From Eledone cirrhosa (taxonomy: Eukaryota): DNA of 64,000 nucleotides. The position numbers and the translations under genes were made by a program. The first letter of the stretch is position 1, and every line of letters starts with the position of its first letter. Of this stretch, positions 1 through 13,829 are shown one piece after another. Location of the stretch: positions 94,984,001 to 95,048,000 of the forward strand of contig OZ024745.1 in NCBI GenBank assembly GCA_964016885.1, read 5' to 3'. A model generated the notes under the pieces. The model was not told where the DNA came from. It was given only the letters and a program-made list of their open reading frames with translations, and did no database searches.

Positions 1-533
1 TCCTTCAATATACAAACCTTAACTTCACATTATTTTTCTCAAATCCTTCAATAAACAAACCTTAATAATTTTTTTCTCTTCGTTAATTTTCAAATTTCCA
101 TAATACTTGTAAACATACACACTTTTTTGACGTTAGAATATTCATCCGCCATTCATTATTCTATTCTCTCTATCATCAAACTTTTTAATCTCAATACATA
201 TTAACTCCCTCTCCTTCTTCGTACATATTTTTCCCTTCGTTAATTTTCAAATTCTTTTAATTTATACATTATCTTCCAACGGTTTTCAACCGCTCTATGT
301 AAAACAATATATCTTTCTCAGTTATAAAAACTATCTCTCTCTCTCTATCACCCAACTCTCCCTCTCCACCTTCACTCTCATCTCCTCCCCTTTTTTTCAT
401 CCTTTCCACCCCCCCTCTCTAAATAAAATATTTTTTTCCCAATATCACACATCAATCTAAAACTACTTCTCATATGTTGATTTAAAACTGCACTATCCAC
501 AAGTGTTTTTTAGCCTTCATATCATGTCCTCCT

Positions 534-602
534 GTTTTATCTGATGAAAACACAAATATTATTGCATGATGATGTTTGTTTTTGAAATGCGCATAATAAA
601 AT
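534..602 (+). ncRNA. Minimal type I hammerhead ribozyme (Penelope pLTR-type)
   Basis: GTTTTAT-CTGATGA(541)-imperfect stem II AAACACAAATAT...ATGTTTGTTTTT-GAAA-TGCGCA(palindrome)-TA-ATAAAAT. Stem I pairs, and the element ends in (TA)n. Confidence 0.8.
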
Positions 603-683
603 ACATGGAACTCCTTTAACCATCTTTTGATCTTATATATTATATATATATATATATGTTGAGGTTATATTTAATATTTAATT

Positions 684-718
<35 letters not shown>

Positions 719-789
719 ATCATTATAACTATATATATATATATATTATTATTATTACTATATATACTATATATATATATATTATTATT

Positions 790-1265
790 GGATTGACAGT
801 ATCGGTAGAGGGTCGGACGCCATGCTTTCCAGCATAGTTACGTCCCTTTACGATCTGAGTTCAAATCCCGCCGAGGTTGACTTTGCCTTTCATCCTTACG
901 GGGTCGATAAAATAAAGTACCAGTAATGCACTGGTAATTGCTGGCCTTGTGCCTAAAGTAGAAACAATTATTATTACTATATAACTATTATTATATAGGT
1001 GAAAAACAAATCCCGCCAAGGATTAACTTTGCCTTTCATCCTTACGGGGTCGATAAAAGAAAGTACCAGTAATGCACTGGGTAATTGTTGGCCTTGTGCC
1101 TAACGTAGAAACAATTATTATTACTATATATAGAAAGTTACGCCCCTTTACGATCTGAGTTCAAATCCGGCCGAGGTTAACTTTGCCTTTCATCCTTACG
1201 GGGTCGATAAAATAAAGTACCAGTAATGTACTGGTTAATTGGTGGCCTTGTGCCTAAAATAGAAA
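790..1265 (+). mobile_element. Three tandem tRNA-derived SINE copies (790-975 near full length; 1007-1122 and 1136-1265 5'-truncated)
   Basis: A-box-like TGACAGTATCGG, B box GAGTTCAAATCC, conserved core GCCTTTCATCCTTACGGGGTCGATAAAATAAAGTACCAG and (ATT)n tail. Many near-identical copies occur in the window. Confidence 0.9.
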
Positions 1266-1307
1266 AAAAAAAAAATAAAAATAAATATTATTACTATATA
1301 TATATAT

Positions 1308-1800
1308 ATTAAAATAACAGATTAAAGTTTAAGCAAAGAATAGCTGCTTTCACCCTTAACGGGATCTTCTGAAACTAACAAAGTCAATATGTAAAGGCAG
1401 AAGTGGATATTTCAAAAAACTTTGCAGCCGGAGGAAGACAGGAAGACTATACTTTGGTTCGTGGAAACGTTCCCTGGCAAACAACGGGAAAAAACGAATA
1501 TAATACGTCATTAATAGGAGCGGTGAAAAACAATTACACGCAAAGACAGAACCACGTTCATGGTATAAAAGAAGTCGTAGACTAATGTTCTCTTAGGTGG
1601 TTCATAGAGACGTTCTCAGGCAAAGAACGGAAAAAAACGAAGATAATACGTCATATGTGGTGCGTGGAGAACAATTGTAGATCCCGTTAAGGGTGAAAGC
1701 AGCGATTCTTTGCTTAAACTTTAATCTGTTATTTTAATAAATATTTGCTCTACGGTTCTTATATATTTGATATATATTTATCCTTATCGAGCCCTCTTCA
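1308..1800. repeat. Dispersed repeat with fold-back ends (IR 1308-1367 / 1679-1738)
   Basis: ~60-bp inverted repeat. Homologous sequence at 13695-13800 and, inverted, at 44425-44765. Confidence 0.75.
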
Positions 1801-2965
1801 AATTTATTATTATTGCTATATATATAGGATAATTTAATAAAAAGAGGTAGAATAATGTGAGGAAATTTATTTTTAGATTAATTTTAATTTGTTTTCGGCT
1901 TGTAAGTGTATGCTAGCAATCAAATATAGGCACTGTGTGTTTTGATTTTCAGAATTAAATTTTAGTTTATGACGGAAGACAATAAATATTTGAAGCCGAT
2001 TAAGAAAAGAAACTTCTTGATTTGTTTAGAGTCTGTAACATAATTGCGCAAAACTAACCGGCTCCAAAATGCTAGACATTTTTAAATACCGAAAAACAAT
2101 TTTAATTGGTGGCTACAACAACATTTGGCTTTATAGAACAATAAATTCATATTACCTGAAACACAAAGATCGCAGTCAATTAATTCTTGCAAATGATTTA
2201 TAGTACATGATATTGTTGTTTTGAAAGATCGATACATTTTAGTCAAAAGTTCTTTTTGTATTCTGAAAGTATCGTATATGTTGACCATATCGTAATTTAA
2301 AAGGCTTTCCCGTTGACTCAGAATAATATTTAGAACCTCATACCTGAAATTTAAATACTTCCATACGATAAATTATCGATTCAGAAAGATAAGGTATTTA
2401 ATGAGCAATTTACATGGCTTAAGAAATTCGATGAACAGACCGAATTGTTTGTAGATCATTGTTTACGATGTTTTTTTTTTCTGATTTTCCGCATCTGTGC
2501 GAAAGTTATGTGCAAGTAATACACTCAAATATTGCTTAATTGTAAATAAGTTAGTGAATAATTTTAGTAAACATTTATGTAGGATGTTATACGTTTAGAT
2601 GTGATTTATAGATTTATTCAGGATTTCATCTGATAAATTCTCCTTTACCAAAGTGTCTTAAAATTTGAAGTGTAATGTTTTAAGGAGAAAATTAATTACA
2701 TGAATAACGATATCATTAATTTTTGAACAAGGAAAAATAGAAAATATATATTTATTTGGCTTCAATTCTTTGTTCTAAATTGCCCATTAAACGATGAAAT
2801 CATTAATTTATTGTGATAATGTATTTATCGCCTCTAAGGCTTTATCTGCTTGAGTGAAAAATCTATTTCAAATAAGTTTTAATCAATCTTCATTTACTTT
2901 CAGAGATTATGATAAACTTTTGGAAAAAAATATTTGATTAAAATACAACTGATTGTTAAAATCCT

Positions 2966-3148
2966 AATAATTGTTTCTACTTTTGGCACAAGGCCAGCAA
3001 TTATCTCAGTGTATTACTGGTAGTTTATTTTATCGACCCCGTAAGGATGAAAGGCAAAGTTAACCTCGGCGGGATTTGAACTCAGTCCGTAAAGGGACGT
3101 AACTGTGCTGCAAAGCATGGCGTCCGACCCTCTACCGATACTGCCAAT
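2966..3148 (-). mobile_element. tRNA-derived SINE
   Basis: Reverse complement of the SINE at 790, with B box GGATTTGAACTC on + strand. Confidence 0.9.
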
Positions 3149-3582
3149 GCGAAAGCATATGTCAATTTCCAATGTATTAGAATAAGTCAAAAGATATAAT
3201 CAGGGTAATGTTGTTTTCAGTGATTGTTTCAGTAGAACAGATGAACAGATGAACAGATCCTCCGGTAGGAATTCTGTCCAACAATAATAGTATTTCAAAG
3301 TCATAAATACAAATTGTATTCAAATATTTAAAGATAACTCCCAGTTGAATATCGGAGAGCATAATCCCAAATACTGTTACACATTCGAAACTAATAAAAA
3401 AAATATTCTCTTTCTAAGAAATTGTTTCTTAAAATATTTAAAAATACTTAATGGGTGAAGATAGGATAGCTTTATGTACTTTAACCGATTTTTACATCTA
3501 TTATTTATAGAGATCGACTGCACTTCATACATGCACACATATACACACACAAACGCACACAGATATACATACACACAGACAT

Positions 3583-3692
3583 TGGTCTGTTGGAGATGCA
3601 GGATATGGCAGCGATAATGAGGGACAGAGACCGCTGGAGAGAACTCGTCCATGGATCTCGGGAATTTTACCCACCTTAGATAGATAGATAGA
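3583..3692 (+). mobile_element. 3' end of RTE-type LINE with (TAGA)n tail
   Basis: Near-identical to the 3' end of the copies at 46402-46497 and 53219-53320 (encodes ...DRDRWRELVHGSREFY). Confidence 0.85.
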
Positions 3693-3775
3693 CATACACA
3701 AATACACACACATACGCACACACACACACACGCGCACTACATTTTCAACCATTGAACACATTGGCAGAGAGGTAT

Positions 3776-3818
3776 ACAGTCATGATGAAGGGTAATGACC
3801 CAGAAACACGTAGATTGT
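3776..3818 (+). ncRNA. Degenerate minimal hammerhead ribozyme
   Basis: ACAGTC-ATGATGA-AGGGTAATGACCCA-GAAA-CACG-TA-GATTGT. Stems I and II pair; C3 is mutated to A. Confidence 0.55.
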
Positions 3819-3946
3819 TCCTTAAAGCCAGTGTTGAATAAACAGTTGACGATCGGTCATCGGCACGGCCCAGCTTCTAATCGGGCTCGTTTGTTTACAA
3901 ACGAATCGAACATTATTATTAATGTTCGATATAACCCATACTTAGA

Positions 3947-4641
<695 letters not shown>

Positions 4642-4777
4642 CAAAAGGGATATTTAATTTGTTGGTAATTCAACAATTGTAAATGTTTATAACTGATTCA
4701 AAGCACTCGACAAGTTTTCTGGAGTATAATATTCAATGATATTAAATAAATTGAAATTATATTTATAAAACCATATT

Positions 4778-4839
4778 TATTCTGTTATATATATTTCAAG
4801 GGTACCAAAAACTGTGGTACGCTCTCATCAGATAAAATA
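4778..4839 (-). ncRNA. Minimal hammerhead ribozyme
   Basis: Minus strand: TATTTTAT-CTGATGA-GAGCGTACCA..TGGTACCCTT-GAAA-TATATA-TA-ACAGAATA. Related to 44949-45014 and 50032-50243. Confidence 0.7.
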
Positions 4840-6994
4840 CAAAGTTTGTTATAAATATTAACATATCCAGGAATGAGACCTTAACGGTTCAAGTTATTCC
4901 TGGATAGTAAAGGAAAGTTGGGAAAGAGAAGAAAAGTCAAATACTTCAAATTATAAAGATGAGTATGCAAATGAGGTTGAGGTGTAGGGCTGAAAAAAAC
5001 GTTCTTTTTAGACGCTAGGTAGATTTAAATAGTTATTATGTATGTGTAGGAAGAAGAAAGAAAGAGAAAGAAAGAAGAGCTTGTATTTACGTTAAATTAA
5101 AAAGGATTAACAGTTTGTAGGAATGGTGGAGTATGATTACAGAATTAAAAAAAAATTATTTAGCTATATATATTGTATATATAATCAATTACATTATATG
5201 AAGATTATGGTTGTAAGTAGATTTTATCTTATTACATTAGAACAGATTGTAATTATATAAATACCTAAATAGATTAATAATTGTGCAAGTATAAGTATTA
5301 TTGGTGATTTTATAGAAATAAAACGCACGTATTAATTGTTTACATTTCTCATATGAGTTACGGAGGATTTTGATTTCACGTTTTACATAAATATTTAAGA
5401 AAAAGACGTAGTTCAAGTTGTAAGAGGAGAACAATTTGTAGATTCAAACATTTTGTTCCAAAATTGAAAATGTTTTCAGAATATTGTTAATTTACTGAAG
5501 TTATATAGTTTATCATACACGTTATCAATTGTGTTTGCTAACCATTAAATTTGATGAATGATTTACTCAGAAAGTATGTAGAGAAAAATTATATATTATT
5601 TTGTGTGAGATTATTTTTTCAAGGATGAGAATTTCAATTACATATTGTATACGTCGAAAGATGTGTGAAAAGTTTGAAGATTAAAAAGAGGAAGAAAGTA
5701 TTATCCATTTCGAAGAATTATTGTAAAGAGGATATCTTTCAGAATGTCAATTAACGACTATCAATCTACATCTAAAAAAAAATTAATAAGAGTACCATTA
5801 GGAAAAGAATATCAAATGGTAAAAATACTAAATTTAAGAAGGAAGATCATTTAAAAATTTTTTTTAATTTTTTAAGAAATACACAGCAAATAATAGGATC
5901 ATTTCAAAGGTGTATAAGATATAGTCAAGTGTAATGAATATCATAGATTACAAATAATTCTGAAATTGGAATTTTGGCGATGTCTGCAACTAGAAAATAT
6001 TTCTGTTTTTAAATTAATAGATTTAAATTAATTGTGTATCGAGGAAATTTATTATATAATTAACTGTCAAAACTCTATTAATTTACGTCACATGTACGGC
6101 CTGCGCATACTATTTACGGTAATACCATGAACGCCCATTATGTGGCTTTGCGTGAAGATTCCATATGTGGTGATTCAGGTTCGCAACGTAACAACATCTC
6201 TGTAGACACATACAACTGGGCGCACCCTTTCATGGATAGCACACTGTGTACCTCTATGTGACGTTATGTGTATATTTTTAATATATTTTATATTTCCTTT
6301 ATATGTTTATATATATGTATGTGTATGTATATATATGTATATATATATGTATGTGTGTATATATATATATATATGTATCTTTGTATGCGTGCGTGGGCGT
6401 GTATGTGAATATGCGCATATTTGTAAGAGTGTATATGAGCCAGTGTGTGCGTGTGTGTGTGTGTGTGTACAAGCACCCACTGTAGGGAAAGGGTTTGTTT
6501 GTGTGTTTGCGAGCGAGTGTTTATCTGTGCCTGTATATATGGATACGTGTGTGTATGTGTGGGCATGGGGGGATAAAGAAGAAAAGAAAAGGGTGGGGCG
6601 TTTATGTATATGTCTGACTGTGTTTGTGTGTACGGGTATATATACGCGTATGCATGTGTGTGCGCCTGTGTGTGTGATGATGTATATGGGCATGTAGGCA
6701 GGCGTCTGTGTATGCGTATGTTTATAGGTTTATATGTTCTCCTTAAATGTGTGTGTATAGTGGGAGTCTATGCGTACGACTGTCGTTATCTATGTGATTG
6801 TAAGTGTGTGTGAGTGCGCGCGTGGACGTGTGAACTACCAAATCCAGCAGTAATTCATTTAAGTGTGGCAGACACGGGACAGCTGATGGTCAGCCGAGCG
6901 ATACCTGTGGTCAGAATTATGATGACGTAGACAACCAGCAGCCAATAACAAGACGCGCGAAGAGAATGAAGTTTTGACTCTAACACCCCAGTGA

Positions 6995-7308
<314 letters not shown>

Positions 7309-7330
7309 GTATATATGTATATATCTATAT

Positions 7331-8320
7331 ATAAAAATAACAAAATAAGATGCTGAGGTAACTGCTCCCTGGAGGGTAGGTGCCTCGGCAGTCGCTTGGT
7401 ATATGAATGTAGGGTGAATACCAACAACCGTACCTTAACCTATATCGGAGCCACAGCTTATGAATTTAAGGAGCGCTGATACAATCACAGCCACACCTTT
7501 AAGAGGGCTGATAAGAAACACAGCACCACACTCTCGGAACTAGTGCGGCGTCTCAAACATGAGAACGTAGAATTCGCCTTGTCGTGGTCCAAGGTAGCCT
7601 CCAACTCTGATACTCCAACCACCAACTCTTGATTCCACCAACTCTGTGTACCCACCTACCTCTAAAATCATATTTATTGCTTTGGCGTTATCGCTGTTTA
7701 CGGTCGACAGGGTGGTACCGTCACTGCGACGACTGTGACCTGTATACACGACACTGGCCTGTGTTTTTGCTGTTGTTGTTGTTTGTTGCTGTTGCTGTCG
7801 TTGTAAGTGTTTTACTGTGGCTATTGCTTTGGTTGTTGTTGTCAATAGGGCGGTGGTATGACCACGACTATTGCGACCAGTGTGGACAACTTTGGTCGGC
7901 GGTTTGGTGTTACTGTCATAGTTGTTGTTGTCGTTGTCGTCGTTGTTGTTGTTGTTGTTGTTGTTGTTGTCTATGGTGGTTGTCAACTAAATATATACCC
8001 CACTCCCCTCAGAGCTCCTTTTATTGCTTCAACTGTTTACTGGGCTTTGGCTGCACACAGTTCTTCGTTTTTTTTCGTTGATAGCTTTTTCTAACAAACG
8101 CGACGGCTGGAAAACCCTTCATGGTGGGCGCGCAGGCATTAGGGTGTGTGTTTTCCTGCCAGCGACATGTCAAATATATCAATTTTCATCTCAGGAAACC
8201 GTGCCCATAATCAACAGCAAATGCATGAAGGACATCTCGATTGCATGGAGAACCGTGGAAATAATTATTATGATTAAACGATATATGTAACCTCAGCATC
8301 TTATTTTGTTATTTTTATAA
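7331..8320 (+). mobile_element. 5'-truncated Penelope-like element (Naiad-like GIY-YIG fragment) with inverted terminal segment
   Basis: 7357-7602 translates GNCSLEGRCLGSRLVYECRV..TYIGATAYEFKER*YNHSHTF..STTLSELV..LK..W. 7331-7360 is the reverse complement of 8289-8319. Confidence 0.75.
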
Positions 8321-10149
8321 AATTCTCCATCGTAACTAAAAACAACAATTATATTGGCTCGCCGATTATACTCGTATTTGTTGCGAAATCAATAATCTAA
8401 GTAGAAAAACGGCAGAGGTTTTGAAGTTAAAGCTTTGCAGCCAGATGAAGCAACCAATCTGAAACTTTGAAGTCACTAACATTTTTCTTCCTAGAATATA
8501 TACTGGATTATTGAGAAACATTGCGGTACATTAACTCGGGAGAGAGAACAGGCTGCAAAACATAAAGGTTCGATTTAGATTTAAAAAGCAAATAATTGCT
8601 TCTAGTTATATTCAAATGTCAATCCAACAATATAAATCTAAACAAATTTAAATTAATGAACTAACATTTTAATCTAAATTTTGTTGACAACTAGTAATTG
8701 TTTCTATTGCTTCACTGAACGAAAGTATCAATTATAGTGGTAGTGAAAACTTCTTATTTTAACATTGGAACAACCTTTTGTCAAAGTTCATCAGCCAGGC
8801 AAAGAAATAAAATGACAATACTGTTGTTAATTAAGTAGGAATAAAATAAAGAAAAGTTTACGTTAATTAAAGACGTTATCTGCAGAATAAATAGTCTTAC
8901 TTTGGTAATATATAAAACATTTCCTGTTGACTACTTGCAAAATCTTGTCATGTAATGCAGGATAAATATTTGTATTATTCATTTCTTTTAAATGTCAATG
9001 ACGGAAATTTGAATTGAGCTGAGGGACTTGACTTGAAACTTAATTAGAAAATGACTATTAAATGTATTATTGTCTGATTTACGCATAAAACGTCTATAAT
9101 GTTAGAGGGAAATATCTAGTTGAGTGGTTCAGACCCTTTCAAAAGTATATTTAGTTTAAATAAAGTAAAATATCAATACATGAGTATTGAAATTATGTCA
9201 TTGTCTTGAGCAACTGAAGTTGATCACTGTTGTATTTTCTTTTTATGTAATATATATTTTTTAATATGGCGGAAAAACTGTTGAGATAAGAAGACGTGTA
9301 TTCGTTACGTTTGGAGCATGCTGCTGTATGAATGGGTTTCGCAAGCCAACCTACACCGTTTTAAGTTGACGGATGTCTGAAAACCTTGAGCCAGAACGGA
9401 TTTCAAGAGGTTGACATTCTGCGGCGGATGTTTTGGGTTTAATAGTGTAGTACATAAGGTGGTGTGACATGGATGACGAGATGAGGAAATACCAGTGTAT
9501 GGATGGAGGAGTAGAAGTAGCGTTAGTTATGTTAACCTTAAATATTTGCTATGAAGTAGCAAAGATACAAATAATTTCCGACTAGTTGAATCTTTTACAT
9601 ATTTTATTCAGGTCTTTAGCAATATTTCCATTCGATAAAATCGTTAAAATATTAAAATCTCGTCAAAAGAGGTGCGTTGGATTTTGTTGCGTATTTATCG
9701 AGGGATTTTGTATTCACGATCTACCTTAGGTGCGAATCATGACACTTAACATGCACCGCTACTATATTTTGACCGTCCCCTGCAGCAATGTCGTCACTAT
9801 TTTTTCCACGGAGTGCAGTTGAAAGATACCGTCTAGACTGAGGTGTAGAATTTTCCCTTACCACCCTTTCCCCCCGTACCTTCATTATTTAAGATGTTTC
9901 GTTTTTAACCTTTCTATTATAAACATTATATAATTTATTTGAAATTTGTTGATTTTTTTTTTATTTGAGAAAGTACATTAGCAATTTTCTAAAGAGCACC
10001 ACCAGTAGATTTTAATACCATTTCCAAAAAGTTGATGAATTTTGTTGAATTCTTGAGAAATGAAAAACTTTAATAGAAACAGTATTTCTTTCTTAGCACC
10101 TTGTGGTGTGAACCACAGCTATGTACATAATTATCATCAATAATTAAAG

Positions 10150-10745
10150 AAGGGAAATCAAAGCATCATGTACTTCAGTTGGAAGTTGCCGTATTGTCAA
10201 TCAAATGGCCAATGGCTTGTTTTACACGTCTAGAATCTATTCTGTCATTGAATCTAAACCGAATTTGCAAATAATCCACTGAACCTAGTTGTAAATAAGC
10301 CTGATAATGTGCTTTTCACAGTAGAGGATTGTAAAATCCTACCGCATTATATAATGTACGCGCTGACCGTGTAAAAACTCCATCGTTGTTGGCAGCTAAG
10401 ACATAATAATTACTCTGATATATATCTTTTTTACCATAATATCGTTTGAATTATTAGGCCATTAATTACTATTATAATAATCGTTCACTATTAATTTCAT
10501 AGGTTCTGTATGCAACGGTTTTGGTGATAGTCTTCCTAGTTGTTTCCTTTCCTTATTAATACAAGTTATGTATCTAGAACTAGAGAATTCGACATATAAC
10601 TGTATTTCACTAAACACTGCAAATCCTTATCTTATTATTTCTTTTCCCGTGTGCCTTATTATTTGCCATTGAATAAACTAATCTAACTGGAAACTTACTT
10701 CCTTATACAAGGTTCAATTTAGCAGACGAGAGTTTATTCCCCTAA
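10150..10745 (+). pseudogene. Possible highly decayed Helitron PIF1-like helicase remnant
   Basis: Scattered peptides HVLQLEV, NGL..SR..VIESK and VQFSRREF resemble Helitron helicase C-terminal motifs (HKLxLKVG, GLCNGTRL, FQFKRRQFP). Confidence 0.3.
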
Positions 10746-10780
10746 AGCGCATGCGTTGAATAACTGTTTATGAAAAAAAT

Positions 10781-10972
10781 AATTGTTTTTACTTTTGGCA
10801 CAAGGTCAGCAATTACCCCAGTACATTACTGGTGCTTTATTTTATCGACCCCGTAAGGATGAAAGGCAAAGTTAACCTCGGCGCGATTTGAACTCAGAAT
10901 GGCAAGGGGCGTAATTCTATGCGTCAAAGCATGGCGTCCGACCCTCTACCGATACTGCCAATCCACCGCCCT
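10781..10972 (-). mobile_element. tRNA-derived SINE, full length
   Basis: Minus strand begins GGGCGGTGGATTGGCAGTATCGG; B box and conserved core are present. Confidence 0.9.
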
Positions 10973-11111
10973 TCATGAAAAAAATAATATTAATAATAGA
11001 ACTAACGTATTCGTCTTCACCTTACAACCTCCACCAACATCTATACTGACCAATATTCCTACCGATAACGTCATCAGCTGCAGTTTTATGCATATCCCAA
11101 ATATATATCCC

Positions 11112-11217
<106 letters not shown>

Positions 11218-11227
11218 ATATATAGAA

Positions 11228-11597
11228 TAGAAATCGAAAAATCAGTGATGCATCTGAACTCAATTTATTGTGTGATACAATTGTTTCGCCGACGGACAGC
11301 TCGAGACGCAATCATTGTGTGGATCTGTCTGATTCTGGACCCGCAGGTTCTCACTAGTGAGAGAATATGCTCCGAAATCATTAGATGTGTCCGTCGAACC
11401 TGCGGGTCCAGAATCAGACAGATCCACACAATGATTGTGTCTCGAACTGTCCGTCGGCGAAACAATTGTAACACACAATAAATTGAGTTCAGATGCATCA
11501 CTGATTTTTCGTTTTCTATCCTATCATACTCTGCTCTGTAAGTGCATAGAGTGCTCAACCGGCATACCGCCTATGGAGGCATCTTAGCTACCATCAG
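11228..11597. mobile_element. Fold-back pLTR-like element (arms 11228-11350 / 11396-11519)
   Basis: ~123-bp near-perfect inverted repeat between (TA)n and (CA)n, containing GAAA-CAATTG-TA. Homologous to 28131-28530. Confidence 0.8.
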
Positions 11598-11663
<66 letters not shown>

Positions 11664-11713
11664 ACACACACACATACACACGCACACACACACACACTCA
11701 CACTCACACACAT

Positions 11714-11748
<35 letters not shown>

Positions 11749-12239
11749 CATGTGTGTGTGTGTGAGTGTGTGTGTTAGAATGCAGTTCTCTATAGGCAAC
11801 GTACTCTCTCACTTTCTCTCTTTTTGTGTCTTACTCACATCACCATCTTATACGATTACTACTTTTTCCTTGTATTAATTCTGTTCCCCTCTCACTTCTC
11901 TCTCTTCCCCATAAACACTCTTCTCTCGACTACTTCCCCTTTCATTAGCTGTCTTTCCTCTCATATTTTCGCCCTCTCAACTCCTCTCTCTCATCTCTTC
12001 CATCAAAACACTTCTCTCCCTTCACATCAGAACTTTAACTCTCTCATTTTGCTCTACCGCCAACCCTGTCAAATATGTACGAAGTAACTATAACAGTGTG
12101 TGTATCGTCTGTGCGTAACGCCAAGTTAATTTCCTTTCGTGAATTTAATTTCATAAAGCAAGGACTCCCATGATACTAAATTGCATTGCATCAAATTTAT
12201 AAATATCTACAGTTATACGTTCACATCATACATGTGAAT

Positions 12240-12452
12240 GTGGACTGGCAGTAGCTGTAAGGCACCGGTCACATGCTGTTTAGCATAGAGTTACGGCATT
12301 TACATTCTGAGTTCAAATCTTCTTAGGTTAGCTTTGCCTTCCATCCTTACGAGGTCGATAAAATAAAGTACCAGTAACGCATTGGGGTTGATTTAATCCA
12401 CTTTCCCTTCCCCCCAAATTGCTGGCGTTGTGCCTAAATCTGAAACCATTAT
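12240..12452 (+). mobile_element. Diverged tRNA-derived SINE
   Basis: TGGCAGTAGC A-box-like motif, GAGTTCAAATC B box, conserved core. Confidence 0.85.
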
Positions 12453-13199
12453 TTGAACACCAACGAATATAACAACTAGTTATGATGCTAGACCAAAATC
12501 TAAACTCAATAATGTATAATTTTATAAGAAATGCATTAAAAAAAATAATTATAAAACCAAGAGAAAAATTATTAATTCTGTATTTCATGCTTCAAATAAC
12601 AATGTTATCTTACATTTGATATCAACTTGTGCTCACTCAAAGGTTTCTAACTTTTTTCTTCCTCACATGATAGAGTGAATGATTTAAATTTATAATTTTA
12701 TTTACTAAGTAAACCAATTCTGTCACGTTCCCTTCCTTTCTGTCAAAAGTTGTTCTTTAATCAATATATCTCTGCTAAACTTCTTAGCTACTTCTATTGA
12801 CCTGAAGTGACATGTATCAATCGTAGCTTTGCCTCAAACTTCTGGTTTTATTTTTTATTTTAAAATGTATATATAAAAAACAATAAGTTCATTTTTTACC
12901 ATGTGGAAACATAATTTATTATATAGTAGCAGGATACTTGGTGTTACATGAGAAATAAACAACTAGTTGGTGGCCGATTTCTTGATAAAGAATAATGGTA
13001 ATTATGCATGAATATTGTTTGAAACATGGTGTTTATATTCTCTGTCAGAGAGAGAGACAGTCCGAAAATTCATATAATTTGCGAAACGTAGAGAAACAAT
13101 TCTTAGCAAAAGGTTCCATGATTAACAACGTTTTTAGATTTTCCACTGAGCATTGATATAAAGAGTATTCTTACTTCTAACGGGTAAAAGAACATCGAT

Positions 13200-13620
13200 C
13201 CAACCATCAAAGTGGCAGAGCTGCTCTTCCTACCGCAATCTAACAACCTTCAACGTTTGACATTGAGATTTGTTGAAGGGTATCGAGAAGCTTAGGCATA
13301 AGACGATTGGACGTCTCTTGAACTGAAATATATCAGTATGAATGATGGCTGCTCCCGATGCGTTTTTGTGTCGATAAATGTCTTGCACTGCTCTGCCAGA
13401 GCTTGATATTTTGAACATTCATTCCAAACTATCAGTCTGTATTTGCCTACAAACTCTTTAATCTCAGTCCTTTTGTTGATATTGCATGTAGCATTTACCA
13501 AATTAGAAAGATGTAAAACGTAGCATGGTTTATCTTACCTCCAGTCAGAAGAATTACTGAAATCTCACAAACAACAGTATTTCCTAGTTTTGTGTATTTC
13601 GGCCAACAACACAGCCAGTG
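13200..13620 (-). pseudogene. Helitron RepHel PIF1-like helicase remnant
   Basis: Peptides ILLTGGKINHATF, TCNINKRT..LIVWNECS and FQFKRRP..LSFSIPFNKSQCQTLKVV match Helitron helicase motifs (LLPGGRTAHSTF, LIVWDE, FQFKRRQFP..AMTINKSQGQTL). Frameshifted with an internal deletion. Confidence 0.75.
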
Positions 13621-13829
13621 ATGAGAAATATTTTCCAGTTCGTCATGATACACCAATGGAGAATCTATTACTTTTCTAAAATTGAATTCTGTTGAAGAAC
13701 GGAAAAAAGCGAGGATAATACGTCGTTATGTCGACCGAGAAGAACAATTTCATGCAAAGACAAGACCAAGTTTATGGTATAAATGGAGTCGTTAGACAGG
13801 ACAATGGGATTGATGAGTTAATATCCGTA

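Noticed and set aside
790-880. tRNA gene suggested by A and B boxes
   Set aside because: It is the head of a multi-copy SINE and continues into the SINE core and tail; no convincing cloverleaf.
5200-6000. Possible very old Penelope RT remnant on the minus strand (NFLDV-like)
   Set aside because: Too decayed to support by eye.
7460-7480. In-frame TGA as possible selenocysteine in a Naiad-like endonuclease
   Set aside because: It aligns to Trp (RWY in the 49.2 kb copy), not a conserved Cys; most likely a TGG-to-TGA decay mutation.
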